Both the position numbers and the translations under genes were made by a program. From positions 1,984,001 to 2,048,000 of the forward strand of contig CBDDDZ010000005.1 of assembly GCA_965226795.1 (NCBI GenBank): a stretch of DNA of 64,000 bases. Reading direction: 5' to 3'. Shown piece by piece: positions 10,504-20,424 of the stretch. The DNA comes from Candidatus Latescibacterota bacterium (lineage in GTDB: Bacteria > Latescibacterota > UBA2968 > GCA-2709665). Below the pieces are notes generated by a model. The model ran no database searches and had not been told where the DNA came from. It saw only the letters and a list, made by a program, of their open reading frames with translations. Each line of letters opens with the position of its first letter. Within the stretch, counting starts at the first letter, position 1.

Positions 10504-10845
10504 GGCGTACACGGATTTCAACTACCTCCCTTCAATACATTCAAGTACAATTCTCTGATTAAGGGAGACGTCAAGCGTTTACCGCCTGAAATAAAGAGCC
10601 AATTCGAGGCGGTTCTCTTTGAATTAGAAAAAGGTACATTGTCCAGTGGCCGACGCCTTGAAAAAGTGGGTGGTTCTTTTACAGTTCGTCTAAACCAAAA
10701 ATTCCGATTGGCTTTTTCCATCCACAACAGCGACACCATTGAATTTCTAACCGTAGGAAATCACGATCAAGTGTATGGATATTTGAACAGGACACGGATA
10801 AAAAGAAAATCGGCAGAGTACCTGAGGCGACAACGGAAACGATAG
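10494..10845 (+). pseudogene. RelE/YafQ-like toxin, frameshifted
   Basis: ATG 10494 gives ...YIQVQFSD then TAA (10560). The +1 frame continues KGDVKRLPPEIK...SFTVRLNQKFRLAF...FLTVGNHDQVY. Confidence 0.7.
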
Positions 10846-10864
10846 ATCCGCAAGGACGTTACGA

Positions 10865-10897
10865 AAAAAGTAGGCCCCCTGAAAACCGGGGGCCTTT
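10865..10897. terminator. Bidirectional terminator between convergent TA modules
   Basis: AGGCCCCC-TGAAAACC-GGGGGCCT stem with A and T flanks. Confidence 0.65.
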
Positions 10898-10921
10898 CGT
10901 ATTGACGATATCGGGTCGATC

Positions 10922-11215
10922 TCATACGGGTTTCGGTTCGTAGCGATCGACCTCGATTTCATGCTCTCGAGCCTGCGCCTGAGCGACGTCGTAGGCCGCC
11001 TGCAGGCGTATCCAGGTCTCCGTCGTGGAGCCGAAGGCCTTGGCCAGCCGAACCGCCATGTCGCCGGAAATACGCGAGTGGCAATTGACCAGGTTCGAGA
11101 GCGCCTGGCGGCTCACTCCAAGGACCTTCGCGCCGTCAGTGACGCTCAGGCAAAGTGGCTCCAGGCATGACACACGCACCACCTTGCCTGGGTGCGGCGG
11201 GTTCTTCATCGGCAT
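10922..11215 (-). CDS. higA: HigA-family antitoxin
   Basis: MKNPPHPG...LSVTDGAKVLGVSRQALSNLVN...MAVRLAKAFG...WIRLQAAYD. Confidence 0.93.
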   Translation of the reverse strand: MPMKNPPHPGKVVRVSCLEPLCLSVTDGAKVLGVSRQALSNLVNCHSRISGDMAVRLAKAFGSTTETWIRLQAAYDVAQAQAREHEIEVDRYEPKPV

Positions 11216-11231
11216 CGTGGTTCTCCTTTTG

Positions 11232-11510
11232 TCAGTGGTAGTCGATCAACTCCACGTCGTGGACGTCCCCGCCATCAAAGCGAAATATAATGCGCCAATT
11301 GGCCCTCACCGTGACCGACCAATAGCCCTTCAGATTCCCCTTGAGGGCATGCAGCCGGTATTGAGGTAAACGCATGGCTTCAGGGGAGCCGGCGACATCG
11401 AGCAGGGCGAGCATCGCTTCTAGCCGGTCGTGCAGGTCCGGACGGATAAGGCTGCGGTCGTCGCGTTCGTAGAAGCACTTGAGTCCTCGATGCCGGAAGC
11501 TCCGTATCAT
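11232..11510 (-). CDS. higB: HigB-family toxin (plasmid maintenance killer type)
   Basis: MIRSFRHRGLK...LHALKGNLKGYWSVTVRANWRIIFRF...VELIDYH. Confidence 0.95.
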   Translation of the reverse strand: MIRSFRHRGLKCFYERDDRSLIRPDLHDRLEAMLALLDVAGSPEAMRLPQYRLHALKGNLKGYWSVTVRANWRIIFRFDGGDVHDVELIDYH

Positions 11511-11516
11511 CCAAAT

Positions 11517-11545
11517 AATGTAAAGTGTCTATGGACACTTGTCAA
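11517..11545 (-). promoter_or_regulatory. higBA promoter and operator
   Basis: Minus strand TTGACA-17-TACATT; perfect AAGTGTC-N4-GACACTT palindrome (11523-11540) filling the spacer. Confidence 0.8.
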
Positions 11546-11851
11546 TAAAGAGCCGAATTGAATCCCAGCCGACAACGCCCGGCGCCGTCCTTGTCGGAGC
11601 GCCGGGTCCAGATGGCCTCGACGTGTGGTAGGGCTTGGTACCGGCGATGAGATGTAGGGGGTCGTCGCACAAACGGTCAATTCCTGGGAGCGTGGGTGGG
11701 AAAGAAAATTGCGAGATTCCATCCAAGCGAATTCTCATCGTGCAAACCCACAGTTTGCTCAACGGTACGGATCTTAGTCGCGCAAAGTACGACGTAGACG
11801 CAGGAGTTTATTGGGTCGAAATTTTGCATTTCAATTGCATAATTTCCAGTT

Positions 11852-12724
11852 ATGTGCAAAACGTACATCAAACGCTCACTGGAACCGGTCCTCAAGAAGG
11901 CGGCTGTCGAATTCCCGGCCGTCGTCCTGACCGGACCGCGCCACGCCGGCAAGACAAACACTGCTTCAGCGTCTCTTAGCACAGCAGTGTCGCTACGTAT
12001 CTCTAGAGCCCCCGGACGTTCGTGTGGCTGCCACGGAAGACCTGCGCGGGTTTCCGGAGTTGTATCCGGCGCCGGTAATCTGTGACGATGTGCATTACGC
12101 GCCCGATCTGCTTCCATATATCAAAGAGAAGATCGACGCGAACCGAAACAGAACCGGTCAATACGATAAAGGCCTGGCTGTCCGTACTCGAGGCCACGTA
12201 CCAGGTGATCGTCCTGCGGCCCCTACTTCGCCAACGTCGGAAAACGGCTTGTCAAGACCCCGAAAGTCTATTTCACCGACGTCGGCACGCTATGCCACCT
12301 GGTCGGCCTCAAGGATCCGGAGCATGCTGCCTCGGGGCCCATGGGCGGCGCCATCCTGGAGACAGCGGTCCTGTCCGAAATATATCGGACGTTGACCCAT
12401 CGCGGAATAGAACCACCGGTCTACTTCTGGCGGACCCTGGCGGGAACGGAAGTCGATTTCGTGGTCGAGACAGGCGCCGGGCTCGTTCCCATCGAGGTGC
12501 GGTTGTCCGCTACGCCCCGTCCGGTTATGGCCCGGGCCATCAGGACGTTCCAGGGCGATATGAAGACCGGGTCGAAACCGGGCTACGTCGTGCATCCGGG
12601 CGACATCCGCTTACCGCTCGGACCGGCTGTTACCGCCTTGCCTCTCGCCGACCTCTGGCGTTGCCTTAATGATCTAGGGACATTGCAGACGTGCAAGATC
12701 GTGTGCCGAAACAAGCGTGTGTAG
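11852..12724 (+). pseudogene. AAA+ ATPase / DUF4143 family protein, fragmented
   Basis: GPRHAGKT Walker A, degenerate DDVHYAP Walker B, WLSVLE, KTPKVYFTD and YFWRT..GTEVDF..IEV pieces lie in different frames with a large internal deletion. Confidence 0.85.
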
Positions 12725-12931
12725 TGGGCACTATCATGTATCACACTATACAAGAGCAAGTGATGCGTTTTCCGCAGGATTCCGTGTTGGGTAGGCCACC
12801 CGCCCGAAGAACCCACACAACCGAATGCAGAGACGACGGAAACTGCGGAACTCGAGCTTCGGCACCGTTATCATCAGTTCCAAACGCACGGCATGGTCCA
12901 CAACCTGTGGACTGACGACCTCGCGCCTGGA

Positions 12932-14434
12932 CTAGCGAGAGATGGCTTCCTCGAATTCCGCGAGTTCAACATCTTCGTAATTTTTCGCAATGATTGAAGT
13001 CGAGTCGTTTCTCTCCCATGCGTCCCAATGCTTCCGGATGGCGCCGCGGGCGTTCTCGACCAGGCTGTCGGGTTCCGGGTGAATGATCACAAACCGCCTT
13101 CCCGATCTTCCATAGTACCAGTCGACCAACTCGCTGTTGATTCCCCTATCGCCGAAGCCGTAGCCCCAGACGACCATTGTACTTGCGCTGGCAATGGTCG
13201 ATCGGAAACGATGGTGGAGTTCGCGAAAAACACCTGCGCCATATTCGAGGACATCATGAATCGCACCGATCAACATCATCCGCGGGCTGTCTTCGGCGTA
13301 CAAAAAGCCGCCGCCATCCTCGATGCGCTGGGGATAGATATTCGGCGGAACGCGTCTTATTCTCCCGTCCCTGTAGCGGTACCAGTTGACGGAGCCGCGC
13401 AACTTCAGGAACGGAATCTTCACGTCCGATGCGAGATCGCCGTTCCACAACGAAATGTTATCCTCATGGCCCGAGAATCCGTCGGCGAGCGCGATACCCC
13501 TGCCCTTCAGAAAGGACTCGACGTGCGTGTCGTGACAGAGCGTGGATATACTGGTGACGTTGAAGGCCTTGCAGGCGTGTTCCACCACATTCAGCTGAGG
13601 GTTTCGCTCCGGCGGCGGCCGGTGAATCAGGAGGCTTTGCCTGACAACGTCCGCAATGTAGTGGCAGGTCTCCCTCAGCAAGTCTCCCAGATCGTCCGGA
13701 ACACCCGGACCAGGCAGCTGCCCGCCGTGTGCGTTGGCGTCGGATGCGGCCTGGATCAGTGGCGGCCAGTCGGCTCTCAGCCTGTCCACGAACCGGCGAA
13801 CGGCTGGGTTCTCCTTCTCGCCGGTCTCCTCATCCAGCGCCTGCCGGGCCAAGAAGTAGATATCCTCATAGGTGGCGTCTCTACGGGCGGGTGTGGAAAG
13901 GTACGATTCCGCCTCTGCGCGAAGCCGTCCGACCATGCTGTTCGGTAGCTTTACCGCCGTCGTTCGCGGTTCATCGCCCCCACCGATGTAAAAGCACCCG
14001 TCGCTGTGCCTGGTAACGCCGCGACCGGAAACAACCAGGTCGGTGAGGTCCCGCATTGACGGGAAGCCGGCCGTTAACGACGCGTCGGAGCCCAGCAGAA
14101 GCGCGATATCGGGATTCGCGATTGCGCCGTGTCCCCGCCGCATGACGGCGTGCGGCCCGAAGCGCTCGACCTCGATGCGATCTTCCTCCCGGCGCGCCTC
14201 CAGGAGATCGCAGTCGGTCTGCCGGCGCAGCCATAAATCCGCGGTGGACCACCCCGCCTTTTCCAGTCTTATGGCCATTTCGGGCGAGACCGCCGCGTGG
14301 CCGTTGAGCACCCGCGACAGCGTGTGGCGCGCAACGCCCAGCACCCGCGCCGCGTCGGTGACGCTCAGGCCCAGCGGTTCCAGAAAGTTCTCCTTGATAC
14401 TTCGGCCGGGATGGGACGGATTCTCCATAGCCAT
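12932..14434 (-). CDS. HigA-type HTH fused to a SIR2-like domain with degenerate motifs
   Basis: aa 1-95 HigA (NPSHPG...SPEMAIRL), then [27 protein letters not shown] and GYGFGD.GIN, matching SIR2_2-like motifs. Confidence 0.75.
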   Translation of the reverse strand: MAMENPSHPGRSIKENFLEPLGLSVTDAARVLGVARHTLSRVLNGHAAVSPEMAIRLEKAGWSTADLWLRRQTDCDLLEARREEDRIEVERFGPHAVMRRGHGAIANPDIALLLGSDASLTAGFPSMRDLTDLVVSGRGVTRHSDGCFYIGGGDEPRTTAVKLPNSMVGRLRAEAESYLSTPARRDATYEDIYFLARQALDEETGEKENPAVRRFVDRLRADWPPLIQAASDANAHGGQLPGPGVPDDLGDLLRETCHYIADVVRQSLLIHRPPPERNPQLNVVEHACKAFNVTSISTLCHDTHVESFLKGRGIALADGFSGHEDNISLWNGDLASDVKIPFLKLRGSVNWYRYRDGRIRRVPPNIYPQRIEDGGGFLYAEDSPRMMLIGAIHDVLEYGAGVFRELHHRFRSTIASASTMVVWGYGFGDRGINSELVDWYYGRSGRRFVIIHPEPDSLVENARGAIRKHWDAWERNDSTSIIAKNYEDVELAEFEEAISR

Positions 14435-14452
14435 GATCTCTACCTCGTGCCG

Positions 14453-14517
14453 TTGATGGTCAACCAGGTCCGGCGCCGGACGCGTTACCCTCCCCGGAAG
14501 GTTGAGTTAATTCGCCA
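14453..14517 (-). pseudogene. Remnant of a higB 3' end
   Basis: WRI...FR / EGNASG / DLVDHQ fragments in shifting frames just upstream of the HigA-SIR2 ORF; compare NWRIIFRFDGGDVHDVELIDYH of the intact higB. Confidence 0.55.
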
Positions 14518-14836
14518 ACCTATTGATTCGTAGTATGTTACATCGTCATCGGATTGGGTTTCGCCGGGCGACGCCGACGAGATCAGTCCATGCGGGGGCG
14601 ATCCGTTCCCCCGGGGTCGGCGCGAACCGTTCCGGATTCTCCATGCTCGCATAGGCGTTTGAGACCGCGGTGCAACAGCAGGCCGATTGAAAGTAATATA
14701 TCGCGTACCGGTACGCATATCAAATAGTTTTTTCCGTAATCTTTGCCGGATCGCAGACAATCTCATGGGGCCAGCTACGCCACCCAAAAGACACGAGCGG
14801 GTCGTCGCACAGACTGCCAATTTATGGGCCGGAAGT

Positions 14837-15233
14837 TCACATTTGCGACACGCCGTCAATCCGCGCAGTCTTTTTGTCGAAGCTGTAGAGCGGATACGCT
14901 CCGGATCGTTCGGACGCCGCAAGGATCATCAGATCGGAGAATCCGCCGCCGGACGCGCGGTATTGCAACGCAGCGCGAGCCACGTCGTTGGCCTCTTCCA
15001 TAACGAGTCCCTCCGGTGGCCACCAGTTCCACCAGTATCTTCGCAACCTTTCCAGGCGAGAAGCCGTAAGCCCGTTCCAGCACCCGCACAAGCTCGATGA
15101 TCACCTCGCGGCAGACGAACCCCGGACGGTCGTCTGCAGTGAGTGACTCCAACAGGGCGCGGGCCTCCTCGGCCTGCTGCTCGTCGTCGCGCACCAGAAA
15201 GCGAACAAGCACATTCGTATCGAGACCGATCAT
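14837..15233 (-). pseudogene. vapC: PIN-domain (VapC) toxin, frameshifted
   Basis: MIGLDTNVLVRFLV..E in one frame; FSDLMI...YSFDKK in another; shift near 15013. Confidence 0.85.
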
Positions 15234-15460
15234 TCCCCGGCCGCCCCATCGGATACGGCCTGCTCCATTTCCTCGACAGTCACGGCGGCGCCGTGATGCC
15301 GCAGCACCCCGTATAACCGGCTGATCGGCCGCAATGGCAGAAGGCGCACGTCGCCGTCGGTAACGACGTACCGCAACCGGTGCCCGGCCTGTACGCCGAA
15401 CGCCTCCCGGACGGACTTGGGAATTGTCTCTCCCTTACTGGTTATTGAAGATTCATACAT
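15230..15460 (-). CDS. AbrB/MazE/SpoVT antitoxin
   Basis: SSITSKGETIPKSVREAFGVQAG; ATGA overlap with vapC. Confidence 0.85.
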   Translation of the reverse strand: MYESSITSKGETIPKSVREAFGVQAGHRLRYVVTDGDVRLLPLRPISRLYGVLRHHGAAVTVEEMEQAVSDGAAGE

Positions 15461-15797
15461 GGCGATTCCTCATTTTGCCTTTCAATTTACAATAATTCCG
15501 TTCTTTTTGATAAAGTAAGGAATGTTTCTCATCGCCGTGCATATTCTTGCGAGTCCCGCCCCACGGAAGCCAACTCACTTTACCCGGCACTCCTCGTCGA
15601 TCTCTTACATCGCATACGGTCTCCGGCTTCCAGCATCGTCGGCGCCGTACTGCCGTGCCTTGATCGATACGTCCTGCGGTCCGGGTCGCAGGCAGCGCGT
15701 AGTGGCCCACGATTGGGAAACGATCGTTTCTTTCGGAAACTTTTGCGAATCGTTCGTTTCCTTAAAGGTCGCGATTTACCCTTCGCCCATTCAATGC

Positions 15798-15834
15798 AAA
15801 ACCCCGACGGGAGTTCCCATCGGGGTACTTTTTT
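15798..15834. terminator. Terminator downstream of the coaE operon
   Basis: ACCCCGA.GGGA...TCCC.TCGGGGT stem with an A run on the left and a T run on the right. Confidence 0.6.
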
Positions 15835-15906
15835 CCGCGCTCCGGCAGATAGCGCATCCGGTCGAATGAATGCCGGTTCCGCGACTCCCTATTTCTCTTC
15901 AAGGCC

Positions 15907-16503
15907 CTACGGCCCGACAATCCGGCGCCAGACCGCCAGCGCTCGTGCTTCCAGTTCCGCTACCTTTGCCGCGTTTTCGATGACATAGTCCGCGGCCCTA
16001 ACCTTCTCCGATTCGGACATTTGCGAGGCCATCCGGTCCCGAACTTCCGCCTCGGACAGCCCCTTCCGTTCCATGGCCCGCTGAATCCGGATCGCCTCCG
16101 GCGCGGTGACAACCACCAGGACGTCGCACAGCGCCCGATGGTCTCCCCACTCCAGGAACAGCGCGGCATCGATCACCACCGGCCGGTTCGGACACTCGGC
16201 GAGCGCGCGCCTGGAATCCTCCCGCAACATCCGCCCAAGCGGCGGCCACACAATGACATTCAGCCGGTCCCGCGCCTCGGCCGAAGCGAACGCGCGCCTT
16301 CCCAGTTCCCGGCGGACAAGGACCCCGTTATCATCCAGAATATCCCTGCCGAAAGTTCCGGCCAGCGCCCGCAGGACCGCCGGGTCTTCCACCGCCCGCC
16401 GCCCCACCTCGTCGGCTTCGATCACCCGCGCGCCTTCCCGGGCGAAAAAACCACACACACAACTCTTGCCCGCGCCGATGCCCCCTGTTACGCCGACAAT
16501 CAC
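15907..16503 (-). CDS. coaE: Dephospho-CoA kinase
   Basis: IVGVTGGIGAGKS, DAALF.E, RMASQ, ADYVIEN. Confidence 0.96.
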   Translation of the reverse strand: MIVGVTGGIGAGKSCVCGFFAREGARVIEADEVGRRAVEDPAVLRALAGTFGRDILDDNGVLVRRELGRRAFASAEARDRLNVIVWPPLGRMLREDSRRALAECPNRPVVIDAALFLEWGDHRALCDVLVVVTAPEAIRIQRAMERKGLSEAEVRDRMASQMSESEKVRAADYVIENAAKVAELEARALAVWRRIVGP

Positions 16504-17441
16504 GACCGGTCCCCGGATCGCCGCACCCGCAACCGGAGACGCAACGGCAACGCATCTTCGGGAGATTCCTCATCCCAGCGTTCGATGATCCGCCGGTTGC
16601 GGACCCTGACCGCCACGAACACCCCGAGAAGCAGCAACGTCGTGTAGAGCCAGAAAGCCTCCGCCGAGGTCAGCAACGCCGTTGCACTGAACCGACCCCT
16701 CGCATAGCCGGTCCACTCCCGTTCAAACTTCCGCGGGGTGAGTCCGGTTATCCGATACAGCGCGACGTCGAATGAAACCCCGGACCCGAGCGAATGTACA
16801 ATCTGCGCCACGGCACCCGGCCCGCCCAGATGAATCAGGTAGAGGACGGCCAGCAGGCTTTCCGTGTACGCCAGGCGCGCCCTGGAAGAAGAAAAACCGA
16901 GGACCCCTTCAATTTCCCCCAGCGGAACCAGCCCGCCGGAGAAGATCGCATAGGAAACCTCGGTGCTTTCTCGAAATCGCCATTCCTGCGCGGCCCACAT
17001 AGCCACGCCTTCGTCGAACCAGCGTGGCGTGGGCGCCCGCGCCAGGTGGTGCAGCAGAATATGGGAGAGTTCGTGCCGGGCCGTCTTCAAGACCTGGCCG
17101 CGCTGCCCGGCCAGCAGGCGCAACACCGCAATCCGCTCGGCCGGAAAGGCGCAACCTACCCCCCAGTGGGGAATGCGCCCGCGCGTGACGGTCTGAAAGA
17201 GTTGCTGCGAACCAGCCACGTAGATCATTATCGGGACATCCCGGCCGCCGCCCAGCTTTTCCGCGACCTCGGACCTCCCGGAGATCAGTTCATCCAGAAG
17301 CCCCCACGCCGACGCCCTGTCGATGTCCTGAAACCGAAGCGACATTCCCTCCCGTTCGAGCTGCTCCCAACCTGCCGCGGATAGCGGGCGGCACGTCAGG
17401 CAGAACACCCAGACCAACGGGCAGAACCGCCGCGCGTTCAT
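16500..17441 (-). CDS. Peptidase MA-like metalloprotease with signal peptide and C-terminal TM anchor
   Basis: HELSH and PRWFDEGVA gluzincin motifs. Confidence 0.85.
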   Translation of the reverse strand: MNARRFCPLVWVFCLTCRPLSAAGWEQLEREGMSLRFQDIDRASAWGLLDELISGRSEVAEKLGGGRDVPIMIYVAGSQQLFQTVTRGRIPHWGVGCAFPAERIAVLRLLAGQRGQVLKTARHELSHILLHHLARAPTPRWFDEGVAMWAAQEWRFRESTEVSYAIFSGGLVPLGEIEGVLGFSSSRARLAYTESLLAVLYLIHLGGPGAVAQIVHSLGSGVSFDVALYRITGLTPRKFEREWTGYARGRFSATALLTSAEAFWLYTTLLLLGVFVAVRVRNRRIIERWDEESPEDALPLRLRLRVRRSGDRS

Positions 17442-18301
17442 CGTTTTTTCCTGTGACCCAGAAACTTGAAGAAGTCCGTGCGCAGGGGTAACACAACCGT
17501 GGTGTTGCCCTGCGTGAGCGTGCGTTCGTAGGCCTCGAGCGTGCGCTGGAACTCATAGAACCGCGGGTCTTGCTGAAATGCCTGCGCATAAATGGCCAGC
17601 GCCTCGGCATCGCCCTGGCCCCGGGTCAGTTGCGACTTATGAAACGCGTCGGACGTGATCCGCGTGACCTCCAGGTCGGTATCGGCGCGGATCTTGAGGG
17701 CCGCCTCTTCGCCCTCGGCGCGATACTCCTTGGCCTGCCGGGCGCGCTCGGCCCTCATCCGGTCGAACACGTTCTTTTTGTTCTCCTCCGGCAGATCGGC
17801 GCGTTTGACGCGCACGTCCACCACTTCCACGCCCAGTTCCTCGGCGTCCTGGCGCGATCGCTCCGTGACCTTATCCATAATCGCTTTCCGATTCCCGGAA
17901 ACGATCTCAGTGAGTGTCCGCCGACCCAACTCCTCCCGCACGGCAGCATAGATGATATCGTCCAAGCGGGATTGGGCGCCGCGGACCGTCTGCACGGACT
18001 TCAGGAATTTCAGCGGGTTGACGATACGCCACCTGGCGAAATTGTCCACGATCAGGTTCTTTTTGTCCGACGTGTAAATGGGCGCCGGTTCGGCATCGCT
18101 ATACAGCAGGCGGTCGTCGAAGGTGTGAAGCCGTTCGACAAACGGCACTTTCCAATGCAGGCCCGGGCTGGAGATGGTGCGCCTGGGCGAGCCCAGCCGG
18201 GTTACGACCACCTGTTCGCGCTCGTCCACCGTAAAGAGGAACGATTCGATCAGCAGCCCCACCAACACGACCCCCACAATCAGTTTGATTATCGATTTCA
18301 T
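17438..18301 (-). CDS. hflC: FtsH modulator HflC
   Basis: SPFH domain; DKKNLIVD, VKRADLP, RMRAER, FYEFQRTLEAY. Confidence 0.96.
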   Translation of the reverse strand: MKSIIKLIVGVVLVGLLIESFLFTVDEREQVVVTRLGSPRRTISSPGLHWKVPFVERLHTFDDRLLYSDAEPAPIYTSDKKNLIVDNFARWRIVNPLKFLKSVQTVRGAQSRLDDIIYAAVREELGRRTLTEIVSGNRKAIMDKVTERSRQDAEELGVEVVDVRVKRADLPEENKKNVFDRMRAERARQAKEYRAEGEEAALKIRADTDLEVTRITSDAFHKSQLTRGQGDAEALAIYAQAFQQDPRFYEFQRTLEAYERTLTQGNTTVVLPLRTDFFKFLGHRKKR

Positions 18302-18303
18302 CG

Positions 18304-19305
18304 TTAGTTCCCCCCTGCTCTCGTCGACTCCGCGGTTCTCGGCGCGTTGGGTTGCAAATTCAACAGATTCAGAAAACCGCCCCCCTTGCCATCGGACTCG
18401 ATCACGAATTTCTGGATACTGGGCAGAATCTTCTCCATCGTTTCCAGGTAAAGCCGTACTTCGGTCACATCTTTGGCCTTGCGGTACTCTGTCAGAACCT
18501 CCAGGAACCGCTCCGCGTCTCCCTGTGACCGCTTGACCCGCTCAACCGTATACGCCTCCGCCCCCCGAAGCATTTTCTGGGCCTCGCCCCGCGCCCTCGG
18601 GATCACTTCATTCTGATAGGCTTCGGCCTCGTTGCGCAGCCGTTCTCTATCCTCCCGGGCGCTGGCAACGTCTTTAAATGCATGGTCTACCTCGCGCGGC
18701 ACCGACACCGTCTGCAGCTTCACGTTCTCCACGTGCAAACCGAGCTGATAGAGTTCGAAGACGTCTTTAACCTGCTGCTCGATCTCACTCTGGAGTTTGA
18801 ATTTCCCTTCGGTGAGCACCTCGTCAATCGCCGACCGCCCCACCACCTGGCGAACCGCCGCTTCCACCACGCTTCGGACGGCGTGCGCCTGGTCCGCGAC
18901 GTTGAACACATAGTCTTCAATGTTGCTGATTCGATACTGAACGATCAGCTCGACGTTCACGATATTCTCGTCGCCGGTGAGCATGGACGACTCCCTGCTC
19001 ACGGGCTGATACCGGGGCGCCGGTTCCACAGCGATGGTCCGGAACCCGATCTCCACCCGCTTCACCTCACTCACCTGCTCGATTTCCACCGACTCGATCG
19101 GCCAGGGGATATGGTAGTGAATACCGGGCTCCGATACCCCCATGGTACGTCCGAAACGAAATACCACCGCCTGTTCGGCCGGCTGCACGATGAAGATCCC
19201 GCTGGCAAGCCACAACAGGACCAGAATGCCCAGCCCGTAGTAGACCAGCCGAGGGTTCAAGGACAGGTCGAAGTACGGACGACCGGGAAAATCATATTGT
19301 TGCAT
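18304..19305 (-). CDS. hflK: FtsH modulator HflK
   Basis: MLTGDENIV, AFKDV..ARED, NEVIPRARGEA, RLYLETME. Confidence 0.96.
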   Translation of the reverse strand: MQQYDFPGRPYFDLSLNPRLVYYGLGILVLLWLASGIFIVQPAEQAVVFRFGRTMGVSEPGIHYHIPWPIESVEIEQVSEVKRVEIGFRTIAVEPAPRYQPVSRESSMLTGDENIVNVELIVQYRISNIEDYVFNVADQAHAVRSVVEAAVRQVVGRSAIDEVLTEGKFKLQSEIEQQVKDVFELYQLGLHVENVKLQTVSVPREVDHAFKDVASAREDRERLRNEAEAYQNEVIPRARGEAQKMLRGAEAYTVERVKRSQGDAERFLEVLTEYRKAKDVTEVRLYLETMEKILPSIQKFVIESDGKGGGFLNLLNLQPNAPRTAESTRAGGN

Positions 19306-19386
19306 AGGACAAACCCCTCGAGAAAGTTGTCGGCGACACCCTCGCGGGACGCCGCCGGGGAGAGAAATAACGGCATGCGTACGTCA

Positions 19387-20313
19387 TTATTGCTCGAAGT
19401 ACTCACCGATCCGGCTCATCTGCTCAACGCCGCGGAGGCAGCACGTGATGCCCGCGACCCGATTGGCGAACCGGCTGGCCGTTCCAAGGCTGCCCGTTTG
19501 CAGGAACGACCAGGTAAAACCCGCCAGAAACGCGTCTCCGCAACCGGTTTCGTCGAAGGGTGCATCCGCGGGCTGTGCGGGGTAACGCCGGACTTCGGCT
19601 CCGCCCCGCCTGTTCCTGGCCACCAAATCGGCACCGTGTACGCCGCGGGTAATCAACAGCGCATTCGGACCCAGATCCAGAACCCGCCCGCCGAATCTCA
19701 GGATGACTTCACCGGTATCCAGAGCCTCGCCGGCCAGCACTTCGCCTTCACGTTCGTTCAGCTGCACGACGTCGGCACAGCCCAGCCACGCCTCCCAACG
19801 CGGCGGGGTGCGAAGAAACCTGCGGCGATGCCTGTCGATTCCCAGCGTGAGGCTGTGCACGTCCATCAGCACGAGACCCCGGGCGACGCGCCGGAAAGCC
19901 TGCAGCGTGCGCAGTTCAAGTTCCATTCCGGTGATGAAATTGAAACAGATCGCGTCGCAGCCCAGGAAAGGCAGAAGCCGCTCTACCGTCAGTAACGGTA
20001 CGCCGCCCAGAAGCGTTTCCTGCTTCCGGTTCCGGTAATCGTAGGTCAAAAAACAGTGGGGATTCCGTTCGGGTACAAACCGCACGCCATCCAGCCGCAC
20101 GGACGCCCTCGAACCCAGCAGACGACGAACTGCGACTTCGACGTCTTTGCCCACGTTGCACACCGGAAAGATCGTGGCGGGCCCCACCTCGGCCAGAGCC
20201 GCGATACTGTAAAGGATACCGCCATAGCTTTCGGTGCGGGTCCCGTCGGGCGTACAAATCGTATCGCGGTTGATTGAACCGACCACCGCGATACGGCGCG
20301 CGTTTCCTGGCAT
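19387..20313 (-). CDS. PfkB-family carbohydrate kinase
   Basis: VVGSINRD, GG, NEREG, ITRG, DETGCGDAF. Confidence 0.9.
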   Translation of the reverse strand: MPGNARRIAVVGSINRDTICTPDGTRTESYGGILYSIAALAEVGPATIFPVCNVGKDVEVAVRRLLGSRASVRLDGVRFVPERNPHCFLTYDYRNRKQETLLGGVPLLTVERLLPFLGCDAICFNFITGMELELRTLQAFRRVARGLVLMDVHSLTLGIDRHRRRFLRTPPRWEAWLGCADVVQLNEREGEVLAGEALDTGEVILRFGGRVLDLGPNALLITRGVHGADLVARNRRGGAEVRRYPAQPADAPFDETGCGDAFLAGFTWSFLQTGSLGTASRFANRVAGITCCLRGVEQMSRIGEYFEQ

Positions 20314-20424
20314 TGCCCACCTCACCGGGGATAGTTTTTGAATGTACCACAAATCCCGGTAGGTGTCAACCCCTAAGCCCGCTCAACCGAACCGCCCGGC
20401 GCCGCCATCCGATCGCCGCCCTGG

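Noticed and set aside
2044..15800. Integrative element or integron at tRNA-Asn
   Set aside because: I found no integrase, no duplicated tRNA 3' end and no convincing attC sites.
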